DNA of 64,000 bases from Planctomycetota bacterium (lineage in GTDB: Bacteria; Planctomycetota; GCA-002687715; DRQF01), in contig JAZGFI010000277.1 of assembly GCA_036479435.1 (NCBI GenBank), positions 1 to 64,000 on the forward strand, written 5' to 3'. Shown here one piece after another: positions 50,084-59,865 of the stretch (position 1 is its first letter; the number at the start of each line of letters is the position of its first letter). Below the pieces are notes generated by a model. It had not been told where the DNA came from, ran no database searches, and saw only the letters and a program-made list of their open reading frames with translations. The translations under genes were made by a program, and so were the position numbers.

Positions 50084-51502
50084 ATGCATCGCATCGGATT
50101 TTTGATGTTCCTGGCCGTATTGGCCGGCGGCCTCGCTTGGCCGCAATCAAGCTTTGCCCAAGACGACAAAACTCTCGAAGAGCGCCTCGACGCTATCGAC
50201 GTCACCGATCCCGACCAGCTGCAAGAAATCGCGGCCTGGGCGATGAAAAACAAAAACAGAAAGGTCCGCAAAGAGGGCCGAAAGCTGATGAAGGAAGTCC
50301 TCGAACTCGACGAGGACCACGAGGCCGCACGCGCGTCCTTGGGCCACGTTCACGTCGGTAAGAAGTGGTTCAAAAGCAAAAAAGCGGCCGAGAAAGCCAA
50401 GTTCGCGATGGTCGCAAAGGAGATGAAGGCCAAGGGCTACGTCAAGTTCAAAAACGGCTTCATCAAAAAGACCGATCGGCGCAAGTGGAAGAAGAATTGG
50501 GAGAAAAATGACGACCTTATTTGGGTCTCCTACGAAGATGTGATGCGCGCCAAGGGCTACGCCAAGTACGAAGGTGAGTGGCTTCGGGTCAGCAAGACTG
50601 ACGCCAAGCGTGCCGCTAATCACACGCGTCTAACCGGCGAGGACATCCTCATCGTCAGCAGCGATCACTTCATCTTCCACTTTCAAATCCCGGTCAAGCT
50701 CGTCAAGCGCTACACCGAGCTCGTCGAACGACTGCTCGACTGGTTCTACGAAAAGTTTGAGTTCGCGGCCTTGCTTGAGAAAGACAAACTCTTCAACGGC
50801 AACAAACCTCATATCTGGGGTTTCAGCTCACAGCAACAACTCTTGGATTGGGTCACGGCCTACGCTGAGGACTACAAGTTCTCAAAAGAGATGAAGGAGG
50901 AGTTTCGCAAGCGTCCAGGGGGGACTCTTTTTTGGGAGCTCAGCACGGTCGTCAACGAGAAACCTGAGGACATGGAGAACGGCATTATTCACCAAATCGC
51001 CGTCATGATCTTCAGGCATTTCATCGGCAAGAGTGTCGCGCCATGGATGAGCGAAGCAGTCGCAAACTTGGCCGAGCATGAACTCTCGAGAGAAAAAATC
51101 GGCGTCGTGACCATGAGCACGGGAACCAAGTACGACAACAACGGCGGCGTCGCCGACAAGAAAAACTTCAACACCAAAGACACACCGCCACAAGTAAAAG
51201 GCTTGGTCAAACGCGCCGATGACTTGCCGATCGAACAGCTCTCCAACCTGAAACTCAACTCGCTGAACGAAGACCACCTAGGTCAGGGCTACAGCCATAT
51301 CGAGTGGGCCTTCAACCACGATCGAGCAAAACTCGTCGAGTGGTTGCACTACTACCGAACGAGCCGATTCCAAAACGTCCCTAAGAAACCCGAAGAACGG
51401 AACGCTTACTACATCATGCAGTGCCTTGAGAAAATCTACGGTTGGGACGGCGAAGAATACATGAAGAACTGGCGGTCCTACGTAAAGAAGAACTACCGAT
51501 AG
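50084..51502 (+). CDS. Secreted Lys-rich protein with a degenerate zincin-like C-terminal domain
   Basis: Signal peptide; three G(H/Y)....G.W/F repeats; HQIAV...PWMSEAVA at the position of HExxH...P.W..EG.A. Confidence 0.7.
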   Translation: MHRIGFLMFLAVLAGGLAWPQSSFAQDDKTLEERLDAIDVTDPDQLQEIAAWAMKNKNRKVRKEGRKLMKEVLELDEDHEAARASLGHVHVGKKWFKSKKAAEKAKFAMVAKEMKAKGYVKFKNGFIKKTDRRKWKKNWEKNDDLIWVSYEDVMRAKGYAKYEGEWLRVSKTDAKRAANHTRLTGEDILIVSSDHFIFHFQIPVKLVKRYTELVERLLDWFYEKFEFAALLEKDKLFNGNKPHIWGFSSQQQLLDWVTAYAEDYKFSKEMKEEFRKRPGGTLFWELSTVVNEKPEDMENGIIHQIAVMIFRHFIGKSVAPWMSEAVANLAEHELSREKIGVVTMSTGTKYDNNGGVADKKNFNTKDTPPQVKGLVKRADDLPIEQLSNLKLNSLNEDHLGQGYSHIEWAFNHDRAKLVEWLHYYRTSRFQNVPKKPEERNAYYIMQCLEKIYGWDGEEYMKNWRSYVKKNYR

Positions 51503-51524
51503 ACCGCTTCATTCACTATCGAAA

Positions 51525-51556
51525 GAAAAAAGGGTGCCAGTCGGCACCCTTTTTTC
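51525..51556. terminator. Bidirectional intrinsic terminator
   Basis: GAAAAAAGGGTGCC-AGTC-GGCACCCTTTTTTC between convergent genes. Confidence 0.85.
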
Positions 51557-51592
51557 GTCACTATTCGCGCAGCCGCGCCCTCATGAATTCGG

Positions 51593-54169
51593 CTAGTAGC
51601 TCGGCATCAACAAGACCGCATTCAAGAACAAGCGCGTCAATCCGTGCCAGGCACTCCGGAAGTTCGGGTCGTCGGCAAAGAACACCGCAGCGCCGCGGCC
51701 CTTGCGCTCGACCATCGCGTAGGCGCGCCCGCGCATTTTCTTTTCGGTCTCGGGCAGGATGTAGCCCGACAAGGGCGGCGCGTCCCGAAACCACCCGACG
51801 GCGGTGCCGCCTTTTTCGGGATCAAAAGTCATCGTCCCCGACTTAAAGACCGTGATGTCGCCGCGGTACCCAAAAGCCAGGGGGTGACCCGCGTCGAGCT
51901 CAACTTTGAAAATCGAACCCGGCGTCGCGTGACGGCGACGTTCCTTTTCACGCTCTTCGATGCGCTTTAGTTTCGGTTTCGGTTTCGGTTTCGGTTTCGG
52001 TTTCGGTTTCTTGCTTTCATCCTTCTTCGCCTTGGTCGAAATGCGGCTCCACTTCGAGCCCTCTTGCCCCAAGGCTTGCGCCCCGCGACCCCAGGTCACG
52101 ACCACGCCGCCCGCGCGGCAAAACTTGCTGAGGTTTTCACGCGCTGCGGCATCCAATCCGTCAGACGAGCTTGGCACAACAACTGCCGTGTAGTCTTTGA
52201 GTTCCACGCTTCCGAAACCCTTGGCGCTGAAAACCGAGTACGGAATGTCGTAAAGTTCTTCGAGCAAAAAGCGAGTGGCGCCAAATGACGTCGTGGAAAT
52301 TCCCTCACCGCCAATCAGGGCAACGCGCGCTGGCCTGACTCTGACGACTTTCTGCGAGCCGAGATCGATTCCTTTTTCGGTCATTCCGGACGCAACGGGC
52401 ACGAAACAAGCCCCCGTTGCTGCCGCTACGGCGGCGACCTGTTCGTCGAGATCCGCCACATTGCGGCCGCGCGGCACAAAGACCGTGCCCGCCGCCCAGG
52501 GGCGACCGTTTGAAGTGAACTTCTCTCGAGCGTACTTCAGCATGACTTTTCGATCCAAAAGACGCAGAACCGCCCGTACCGAGGCCAAGGTGTCCCAGCG
52601 CAACAAGTAGCCGTACTGCGCATCGCCTTCGTCAACGGCGCCGACGGCCTTTTCGATTTCTTCGACTAAGGCACTATCAACGTTGATATCGAGTGGCGAC
52701 CAGTAGGCCTCAACGCCGAAGGAAAAGGGCAAAGACCAAGCGGCGATATCGTAGAAGTAAAGCTCTTTGATTTCCGTCTTCGGCTCGAGCAGCGTCTTGA
52801 TGAGGCGTTTGGTCGGCTGCGCCATCGAAACCAAATAGGTGCCCGCGCTGAAGGTCTTTTCGCGGTGCCGTTGGCCCGAGTAGTCCACGACTTCGGGTGT
52901 CTTAAAGCTCGCGGTGGCGCGCCGCACTTCGATGCCCTGTAGTTTTAGAATGTCGACGAGCCTAGAGCTTCTTTCGATGTCGTCACTCGGCACCAGGATG
53001 AATTCGCGGATCGCACCGCCCTTTCCCTCGGCGACCGCCGAAGCACGGAAGCCCTGGTAGTCCTTCAGCAAAGCCAAACGATGAGTCGCGGCGGTGTTGA
53101 TGGTCGCCATCGAGGTTGCGAAGTGGTGATCGACTCGATCCTGCAAAGTCAAGATGTTGCCGTTGCGTTGTTTGACGGCGACGCCGGAACTACTGTGGCC
53201 CGCTTGCTCATAAGTCATGCCGATGGCGCCGTGAAAACTGGGCCAGGAATCGCCGTAGCCGGGATAAAAGAGATCGAAAGACTCCTCGGTGTAGTAGTCC
53301 CAGCCCTTGGCATCGAAGGCGACCGCATTACCGCGACCAAAGACCTTGCCCCACTTCATAGTGTAAGGCGGTAAATTAGCGTTGATGGGCCGTTCCGCGG
53401 GGAAAAAGAAGTAGGAGCTGTTGTGCCCCATTTCGTGGTAATCGACGTGAACTTGCGGATTCCAGCGAACAAAGTGCTTCGCGCGGCTGCGCGTTTCGCG
53501 TTGGGACACAAAGGCCCAGTCACGGTTGAGGTCAAAGTTGAAATGATTGAAGCGACCGCCAGGCCAAGGCTCTTGGTGCTCCATGCTTTGAGGGTGTGAA
53601 TCCACGCGGCGGCCAGCCACCGAGTTGAACCAGTTAACGTAGCGATCGCGACCGTCTGGATTCGTGCAGGGGTCGACGATGACGACGGTGTCTTGCAACA
53701 TCTTCGCCGTCTCTTCGGAATCGGATGTACACAGGGTGTGGGCGAGCTTCAGTGCGGCCTCGGTGCAAGAAGTCTCGTTGCCGTGCACGCAGTAGGAAAG
53801 CCAGACAAACACCGGGAGGTCCGCAATGAGATCGTCTACGGATTCTCCCTCTTGCAGGCGCCTAGGGTCGGCGACTTTCTCCATTTGCAATCGCAAGTCT
53901 TCAAGCCGCGCTTGATTCTCGGCTGAGGTGAAAAAACACAGCAGCATCTCGCGCCCTTCGGAAGTCTGGCCGCGCCGGATAAGACTCGCCCGATCAGAAC
54001 GCTCGGCGAGAGTCTCTAAGTAGCGGACGCAGCGAGCATGAGTCGTGTAACGCTGGCCGAGTTCGTAACCGAAGAACTCTTTCGGCGTCGGGGGTGCTTG
54101 GGCAATAAAGACCGGGACCACGCACACAAAGATGGCGAGCACCGCAAGTGAAAGTCGAAACCTGAGCAT
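51593..54169 (-). CDS. Secreted M14 zinc carboxypeptidase-family protein
   Basis: VHGNE, NPDGR, DLNRD, DYHEM and MTYEQ motifs; signal peptide. Confidence 0.92.
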   Translation of the reverse strand: MLRFRLSLAVLAIFVCVVPVFIAQAPPTPKEFFGYELGQRYTTHARCVRYLETLAERSDRASLIRRGQTSEGREMLLCFFTSAENQARLEDLRLQMEKVADPRRLQEGESVDDLIADLPVFVWLSYCVHGNETSCTEAALKLAHTLCTSDSEETAKMLQDTVVIVDPCTNPDGRDRYVNWFNSVAGRRVDSHPQSMEHQEPWPGGRFNHFNFDLNRDWAFVSQRETRSRAKHFVRWNPQVHVDYHEMGHNSSYFFFPAERPINANLPPYTMKWGKVFGRGNAVAFDAKGWDYYTEESFDLFYPGYGDSWPSFHGAIGMTYEQAGHSSSGVAVKQRNGNILTLQDRVDHHFATSMATINTAATHRLALLKDYQGFRASAVAEGKGGAIREFILVPSDDIERSSRLVDILKLQGIEVRRATASFKTPEVVDYSGQRHREKTFSAGTYLVSMAQPTKRLIKTLLEPKTEIKELYFYDIAAWSLPFSFGVEAYWSPLDINVDSALVEEIEKAVGAVDEGDAQYGYLLRWDTLASVRAVLRLLDRKVMLKYAREKFTSNGRPWAAGTVFVPRGRNVADLDEQVAAVAAATGACFVPVASGMTEKGIDLGSQKVVRVRPARVALIGGEGISTTSFGATRFLLEELYDIPYSVFSAKGFGSVELKDYTAVVVPSSSDGLDAAARENLSKFCRAGGVVVTWGRGAQALGQEGSKWSRISTKAKKDESKKPKPKPKPKPKPKLKRIEEREKERRRHATPGSIFKVELDAGHPLAFGYRGDITVFKSGTMTFDPEKGGTAVGWFRDAPPLSGYILPETEKKMRGRAYAMVERKGRGAAVFFADDPNFRSAWHGLTRLFLNAVLLMPSY
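51970..52010. repeat. Hexamer microsatellite (GTTTCG) x ~6.8 encoding a (Lys-Pro)n linker
   Basis: Exact tandem copies inside the M14 gene. Confidence 0.95.
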
Positions 54170-54269
54170 GAATGAGAATCTCGAATCGGTGAATCGGAGC
54201 GCAGAGTCTACCGTGCATCGATGATCGCTGCGCGCGCCTCCATAGTTACGCGAGTCTCAGCTCTGGCTT

Positions 54270-54557
54270 TCAGCGACTTTTTCGAGGTTGACGCTTCAAC
54301 AGGGACCAAAAGAAAACCCCGCCGAAGAACGCCAGGCCGCCGGTGAGTTGCCACCAGGGGAATTTCTTGCGGGAGCGACCGCGATTGACGGAGTCCGGGG
54401 CAGCGTCCGGGAGAGAGGGGTTCAGGCTGCGATCGGGAAGCTCGCCCTCGTCTTGAGTGTGACTGATGATCGGACCAAATCGATCGCTATCCACAGCCGC
54501 CGGAGCAAACTCCGAAACCGCCAAGACCACAAAGGTCATGAGGACTAGTCGTCGCAT
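54270..54557 (-). CDS. Small exported protein with C-terminal TM and basic tail
   Basis: Signal peptide; Pro/Asp/Ser linker; FPWWQLTGGLAFFGGVFFWSLL-KRQPRKSR. Confidence 0.65.
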   Translation of the reverse strand: MRRLVLMTFVVLAVSEFAPAAVDSDRFGPIISHTQDEGELPDRSLNPSLPDAAPDSVNRGRSRKKFPWWQLTGGLAFFGGVFFWSLLKRQPRKSR

Positions 54558-54691
54558 GGTGTCTGCCTTCCTACGCTTGGAACATACGCCACTAGGATGT
54601 TGCCAAGTGGCGTGAAAAACACCGACAACAATTGCTTTCTCACTGCTGAGCTTCATCAACGACTCATTGAGGCCCCAGGCGGTGGCTGGGC

Positions 54692-57223
54692 TTACTCCTC
54701 GAGCGCCTGAAGCTCAGCTTGAATCACCTGGCCCAGTTGCCAGGCACGATTCCAAATCGCCATGTCGCCGCCTAGTTTTCCGGCGCGGTGCAAGCACGCC
54801 GTGATGGACCGGTTCGCGTCACGTAAGCGGCCCAAGACGCGAAGCGCGCGCGCGCGATGGTAAAGCAACATCGTTTGAGTCGGGTTCACTTCAAATGCGA
54901 GTTCAAAACAACGCAAGGCCTCGACGGTTTCGCCCGTCTTTAGGCGTTGCAATCCAACTCGAAAAAGCGCGTCCGGATGAAGCGGTGCTTGGGTCAAGAC
55001 TTTCTCCCAAGCCGCAAGCGCCGCCGGAGATCCCGATGATAGGTGTTCGGTGATATAGGCGCGAGTTTCAGCGACGCGTTGATCCGCGGGGGCCAGCTTT
55101 TCGGCCCTCGTTAGCAACAGGGCCGCATCCGCAGCGTCACCGCGCTGAGTCGCCATGACCGCCAACTCGAGGTAGATGCGCAAACGAAGCGGGCCGCGGG
55201 GCTGCATTTCCAAGGCTGCGAGCAAACGTGACCACGCCTCTGCGCTAGCCCCCATGCGGTTCTTCACGCGCGCCACCGCCAATTGAACCCGTGCGGATCT
55301 TGCTTGTAAGGTGAGCGCTTCGCTGGCGGCGTCGAAAGCCGCATTCTCGTCGCGGTTAGCCAGGGCGATATCACAGCGTTGCACGTAGGCGTTGGCCAAT
55401 CTTGGGTGGGTTCTGAGCGCGGCATCAATGGCCTGATCCGCTTCACGGTGCCGGCCCAAGGACAGCAGCAAGCCAGCCCGAAGAAGCTGCGTACGGTAGT
55501 TCTCGGGTTGCCGCGCGGCGGCGGCATCGGCGTGGCGCAGGCGACGTAATCGTTGCAATCGCAGAGACTCGATGGAGTTTGTGCCGCCGACGATCGAAAA
55601 CCGCAGCGCGGCCAAGTCCTTGGAAGCCGCAGCCTGCGCGCGAACGCCGGCGAACATCACCGCCCCGCCGACAATCAACAATGCCAAAGACAAGATCCGC
55701 CAGCCCCCGCCAAGCACAAAAAAGGGCGGGGCCACGCTCTTGTTGCCAGGAGTTTTGTGTTCGCTTATTTGGCGAGATAAAGCCGACGCGGAACGCAGCG
55801 CGAGAGCGCCAAATGTAAAAAAAGCGAGGGTCGTTGCGGGCTGGGTCAGCGGAAAACCCACGCAGGCAGAAGCCAAGACCGTGACCATGCCGGCCATGGA
55901 CGCAAGGAGAACGGCGCGCCTCAATGCCCCCTCACCTTCTTCTAATTTGGACTTCGAGCGCAAGTAGGTGACCGATCCCCAGGCGAGAATCAAAACGATA
56001 GCGCCGAGAAAAACCAACAGGGCAAAAAGACCACCTTCGGCGGCCATGCGGAGAAACTCGTTGTGGGGCCGCTCGGGTTGTCGCGCCAGTCCAAGCCTTC
56101 CAGATTCGTGCTCGCGCACCGCTTGTGCCCAATCGGGATAGGCAACTGGAAAAGCACCGGCCCCCACGCCGAACAGGGGGCGGTCCTTGACCATCGCGGC
56201 GGTGTTGGCCCAAAGGTCTAAGCGTTCTCGAACGGTCGTGTTGTCAGCGTCAAAAGAACTGGCCAGGCGTTGGGCGAGGCTGACGGGCCGTTGTCCGAAA
56301 CGAGCCTGGACCTCAATGTTCTGCGCCACCAGGGTGAAACCCGCGAGGACCACGATAAGGACGAGGAGGCAGCCACCGAGGTGACGCCAGGGACTTCCGA
56401 ATAGGGGCCGCGTGCGAGCACTTTTAAGGACCAGGATGGTTCCGCCGAATGCCAAGCCCGCTGCCACCGCCAAGATCGCGCCGCGAGACCCCGATCGAAT
56501 CAAAAACAAGGCGAGGGGCATGGCGCAGATAAACCCGAGACCGGCGCGCGTTTTTCGCCACGACGGTTCTTTTTCAATACCCAAGGCCCCGCAGAACACC
56601 CCAAGAACGGCCAGAGCAGCTGCTACGAACTCGGCCGCGACGTTGGTATGGCCAAAAAGTGAGCCCGGGCGATCGGTTTGCAGGATGCGGTCTAAGCCAA
56701 ATATCTCGAAGGCGGCCTTCATTGGCGTCCACAAGCGATCACCGCACCAACCCTGAAAGGGAAAGCGCTGGGCATGGACGAGTCCGCCCGTATCCGCGTC
56801 TTGCACCAAACCTATCAGTGCAGTCAGCAAGGCCGCGATAGTCAGTGAATGAAGGGCAAGACGGCCGACAGAAACCGAAAACGGAACCAACAACAGGAGC
56901 GAAAACCAAAGAACAGCGCCAAAGCCGAAGCCAATGGGTAGCCAGCCCAAGCTCGGTGACAGACTGAAGGGCCAGGCCATCAAGAGCCATAAGGTTAAGC
57001 TGCAAAAAGAGATGAGACTGATCGTCTCGATACGATGGAGGCGTCGGAAGCGGGGAACAGCCGTTAGGGCCATGATCGCCAAGGCGAAGGTCGCCAGCTG
57101 CCAAAAGAGACGCTTGGGTAGCTCCGTTTGGGCGTACCACTGTGGCGCTACCGATAGGGGAACCACCAGGAGGGTTCCCAAGATTCCTAGTGCGAAGAGG
57201 CCGTCCCGGACCTTCGATTGCAT
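54692..57223 (-). CDS. O-antigen ligase family (Wzy_C) protein with TPR C-terminus
   Basis: SLFGHTN, SGSRGA, R..LW, PLFGVGAG.F and PHNEFL motifs; TPRs. Confidence 0.88.
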   Translation of the reverse strand: MQSKVRDGLFALGILGTLLVVPLSVAPQWYAQTELPKRLFWQLATFALAIMALTAVPRFRRLHRIETISLISFCSLTLWLLMAWPFSLSPSLGWLPIGFGFGAVLWFSLLLLVPFSVSVGRLALHSLTIAALLTALIGLVQDADTGGLVHAQRFPFQGWCGDRLWTPMKAAFEIFGLDRILQTDRPGSLFGHTNVAAEFVAAALAVLGVFCGALGIEKEPSWRKTRAGLGFICAMPLALFLIRSGSRGAILAVAAGLAFGGTILVLKSARTRPLFGSPWRHLGGCLLVLIVVLAGFTLVAQNIEVQARFGQRPVSLAQRLASSFDADNTTVRERLDLWANTAAMVKDRPLFGVGAGAFPVAYPDWAQAVREHESGRLGLARQPERPHNEFLRMAAEGGLFALLVFLGAIVLILAWGSVTYLRSKSKLEEGEGALRRAVLLASMAGMVTVLASACVGFPLTQPATTLAFFTFGALALRSASALSRQISEHKTPGNKSVAPPFFVLGGGWRILSLALLIVGGAVMFAGVRAQAAASKDLAALRFSIVGGTNSIESLRLQRLRRLRHADAAAARQPENYRTQLLRAGLLLSLGRHREADQAIDAALRTHPRLANAYVQRCDIALANRDENAAFDAASEALTLQARSARVQLAVARVKNRMGASAEAWSRLLAALEMQPRGPLRLRIYLELAVMATQRGDAADAALLLTRAEKLAPADQRVAETRAYITEHLSSGSPAALAAWEKVLTQAPLHPDALFRVGLQRLKTGETVEALRCFELAFEVNPTQTMLLYHRARALRVLGRLRDANRSITACLHRAGKLGGDMAIWNRAWQLGQVIQAELQALEE

Positions 57224-57673
57224 CCTTTTTCCCCGCTCCGCTACATGGGTCTCGCCGAGTTCTACTGCGCTTGGATGACGGCGCGGCCCCTATTCCACTC
57301 GCGCTAAGTGTTTATAAACCCAGCGAACCTTGGCAACAAACACGAATCCGAAGCCTAAAAGACCTGGATTACCCCCCCAAAAGCAGTCGTCGCGCTCTTT
57401 AAAGTATTAATGTCGCGGGTTTTGTGGGTGTAATAGGGCATCCTTTATCTATGGAACATGGACGGAGTTCACGGTGCTGACTAAGAAGGCGCACTAGGCT
57501 AAAGTGAACTTCACGAAACTGTCGAAAATAGCCCGAGGAACGGTACTTGGCGCAGCTTGATCATCCAATTTTGATGGTTGGACCTAAGCAGCGCTCAGGG
57601 TATGATCCGGCCGGAATAGAATCGACGCAAAGTCTTTGAGATGCGCCGAGTTCAATAATTGAGGGAAACTTTC

Positions 57674-59713
57674 ATGATTGCATCGAGAGAGTTGGGGGTT
57701 TCCACCCTGCTCGGAACCCTCGCCCTGGGAATGATCCTGGTGGCGACCGCCTGTAGTGGCGGAGGGGTTAGTCTCAACAATAACCAGAATCAGAATTTGG
57801 TGGCTGGCGTCGCCAATACGACTCCGGTTGTGGCACCGAACGGCGCTCAGGCCGTGCGCGTCGACTTTACTCTGAACGGTCCGCCGAACGCCGCGTTCGT
57901 GCTGCTGTTCAAGTTCTTCGACGACCCGATGGTCCAGCCCGGATCTTTCAGCGGCATGATTGCGGGCCAAGCTGACGCTTTGGTCATGACCGAAGTTAAC
58001 CAGGCTTTTGCGGACATGTTCAATCCGCCGCTGACGCTCTTTAGCGACTCAGTTCTTCCGGCGAACGGCTCGCTCACGGGTACGTACTTCTGGAATGCTG
58101 GCGCCGACCTCGGTTTTGTTCCGTCCAACATCTGCGTGGTCGTAGATGTGGAATCGCCGGATGGCGGCATCACTTCCGAAGTCGATGGCGTCACCTGCGG
58201 TATTCTAGTCGAAGCCAGCGTCCTGCCCATGGGTTCGACCGGCGACAACATCGGTCCCATTATCCCGGGCATGATGACTCAAGGCTCCACCGGCCATAGC
58301 GCCAACGTGGTGTTCGGCAGCGACGGCAGCGACCGCATCCTCATCGCGGGTGGTGAGACTCAAGAAGTTGGCATGCAAAACTTCATTGCGGTTGATTCGG
58401 TAAACCGCTTCAACTTTGACATCGCCGCCGGAACGCACAGCCTGGTCACGGCTGCCAGCGGTGGTAATGCCCGCAGCGGCCACGCGTCGGCCTTTTACTA
58501 CGACGCGGCGAGCCAACAGGTCGTGTTGATCACCGGTGGTCAAGATGGGGACGGAACCCCCACGAGCACCACCGACAGTTACAGCTCCGCGTTGGATACC
58601 GTGACCGCCGGGCCCAACATGGGAATGGCACGCGTCAATCACACCGCATGCTGGTTGGCTGACAACACCATCCTCATCGTAGGTGGTGATGGCGCTGCTG
58701 GCACCTCGGCTGAGATCTACGATCCCAACGCGAACACCTTCATGCCGACCACCGCGCCACTCTTTGGGCGTGCTAACCACACCTGCACCTTGTTGCCGGA
58801 CGGTCGCGCTCTCATTGCAGGTGGGCAATCCACATCAACGGCACTCACCCCTCTCGCCGCCGAAATCTTCGACCCCGTAGCGGGTACTTGGAGTTCCACC
58901 GGCACCTTCATTGATCGCTACGATCACACCGCCACCCTTTTGGTGAACGGCGTGGTTTACCTCGTCGGTGGTCACGCGGTCACGAACGACGCGGTTCTCG
59001 GAACGGCTCAGGCCTACCGCACCTTCGATGGCGACCTCCCGGGCGGCGGCACCGAATTTCCGGCTGGCTTTTCGCCGACCTCGGACTTCATCGCCGAAGC
59101 ACGCGCCGATCACGCCGCAACCCGCCTCGGTTCGGGTGCGATCCTGATCACCGGTGGATTCATGGCGGGAACGCCCGAAAGCAGCTCGGCCGCCGCCGAA
59201 GTGTTCTTACCGAACAAACTCACAGATGACGTCCTGGGCTTTTTCAGCGCCATCGACGTCGACCTCGTGAACTCGAGGGCACGCCACACCTTGACGACGG
59301 TTCCCTCGGGGGCTGCCATCAACGTTGGCGGGGTTAACGGCTCCATTGGTGCCCTGACGGCGCTCGACTCGGTTGAGTCCTACGCCTTCTCGAACGAAGC
59401 TCCGAGCGCCACGATTAACTCTGCCGCGGCCGTCTTCGGAAACCTCGGCGACGTTCCGGTCAACATCACCGTCTCCGATGCTGATGGCGACTGCAGCTTC
59501 GTATTCCTTCAGTACTCAACGGACAGTGGCGCCAGCTACAACTTTGCGACGCTGACGAACTACGCGGACACGGTGAACATCGCCCCGGGTTCCAGCACCT
59601 TGCATTGGAACGCTGCCGCCGACGGCATCCAAGCGGGCGCCGCGGTGACCCTTCGACTGATCCCAGTCGGCGGCGTCTTCGGAGCCCCAGCAATGCTGTT
59701 GACCGGCTTCTAA
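57674..59713 (+). CDS. Kelch-repeat lipoprotein flanked by Ig-like modules
   Basis: ATAC lipobox; repeated R..H.A..L..G..LI.GG and AEI(Y/F)DP motifs; WNA.AD motif in both terminal domains. Confidence 0.88.
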   Translation: MIASRELGVSTLLGTLALGMILVATACSGGGVSLNNNQNQNLVAGVANTTPVVAPNGAQAVRVDFTLNGPPNAAFVLLFKFFDDPMVQPGSFSGMIAGQADALVMTEVNQAFADMFNPPLTLFSDSVLPANGSLTGTYFWNAGADLGFVPSNICVVVDVESPDGGITSEVDGVTCGILVEASVLPMGSTGDNIGPIIPGMMTQGSTGHSANVVFGSDGSDRILIAGGETQEVGMQNFIAVDSVNRFNFDIAAGTHSLVTAASGGNARSGHASAFYYDAASQQVVLITGGQDGDGTPTSTTDSYSSALDTVTAGPNMGMARVNHTACWLADNTILIVGGDGAAGTSAEIYDPNANTFMPTTAPLFGRANHTCTLLPDGRALIAGGQSTSTALTPLAAEIFDPVAGTWSSTGTFIDRYDHTATLLVNGVVYLVGGHAVTNDAVLGTAQAYRTFDGDLPGGGTEFPAGFSPTSDFIAEARADHAATRLGSGAILITGGFMAGTPESSSAAAEVFLPNKLTDDVLGFFSAIDVDLVNSRARHTLTTVPSGAAINVGGVNGSIGALTALDSVESYAFSNEAPSATINSAAAVFGNLGDVPVNITVSDADGDCSFVFLQYSTDSGASYNFATLTNYADTVNIAPGSSTLHWNAAADGIQAGAAVTLRLIPVGGVFGAPAMLLTGF

Positions 59714-59744
59714 TCCACCTCTGAAAAAGAGACCCTCAATTTCG

Positions 59745-59778
59745 AGGCCTGGAATCGCGAGATTCCAGGCCTTTTTTC
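59745..59778 (+). terminator. Intrinsic terminator of the kelch gene
   Basis: AGGCCTGGAATC-GCGA-GATTCCAGGCCT stem followed by a T run. Confidence 0.85.
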
Positions 59779-59783
59779 GGTCA

Positions 59784-59858
59784 TACGGAGTCAGACTTAA
59801 TTCTCCCGTTTTTTTAGGCCAGGCCTAAAAAAACGGGAGAATTAAGTCTGACTCCGTA
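59784..59858. repeat. Perfect 75 bp palindrome (37 bp arms, 1 nt spacer), REP/REPIN-like
   Basis: TACGGAGTCAGACTTAATTCTCCCGTTTTTTTAGGCC-A-GGCCTAAAAAAACGGGAGAATTAAGTCTGACTCCGTA. Confidence 0.95.
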
Positions 59859-59865
59859 AAGCAGG

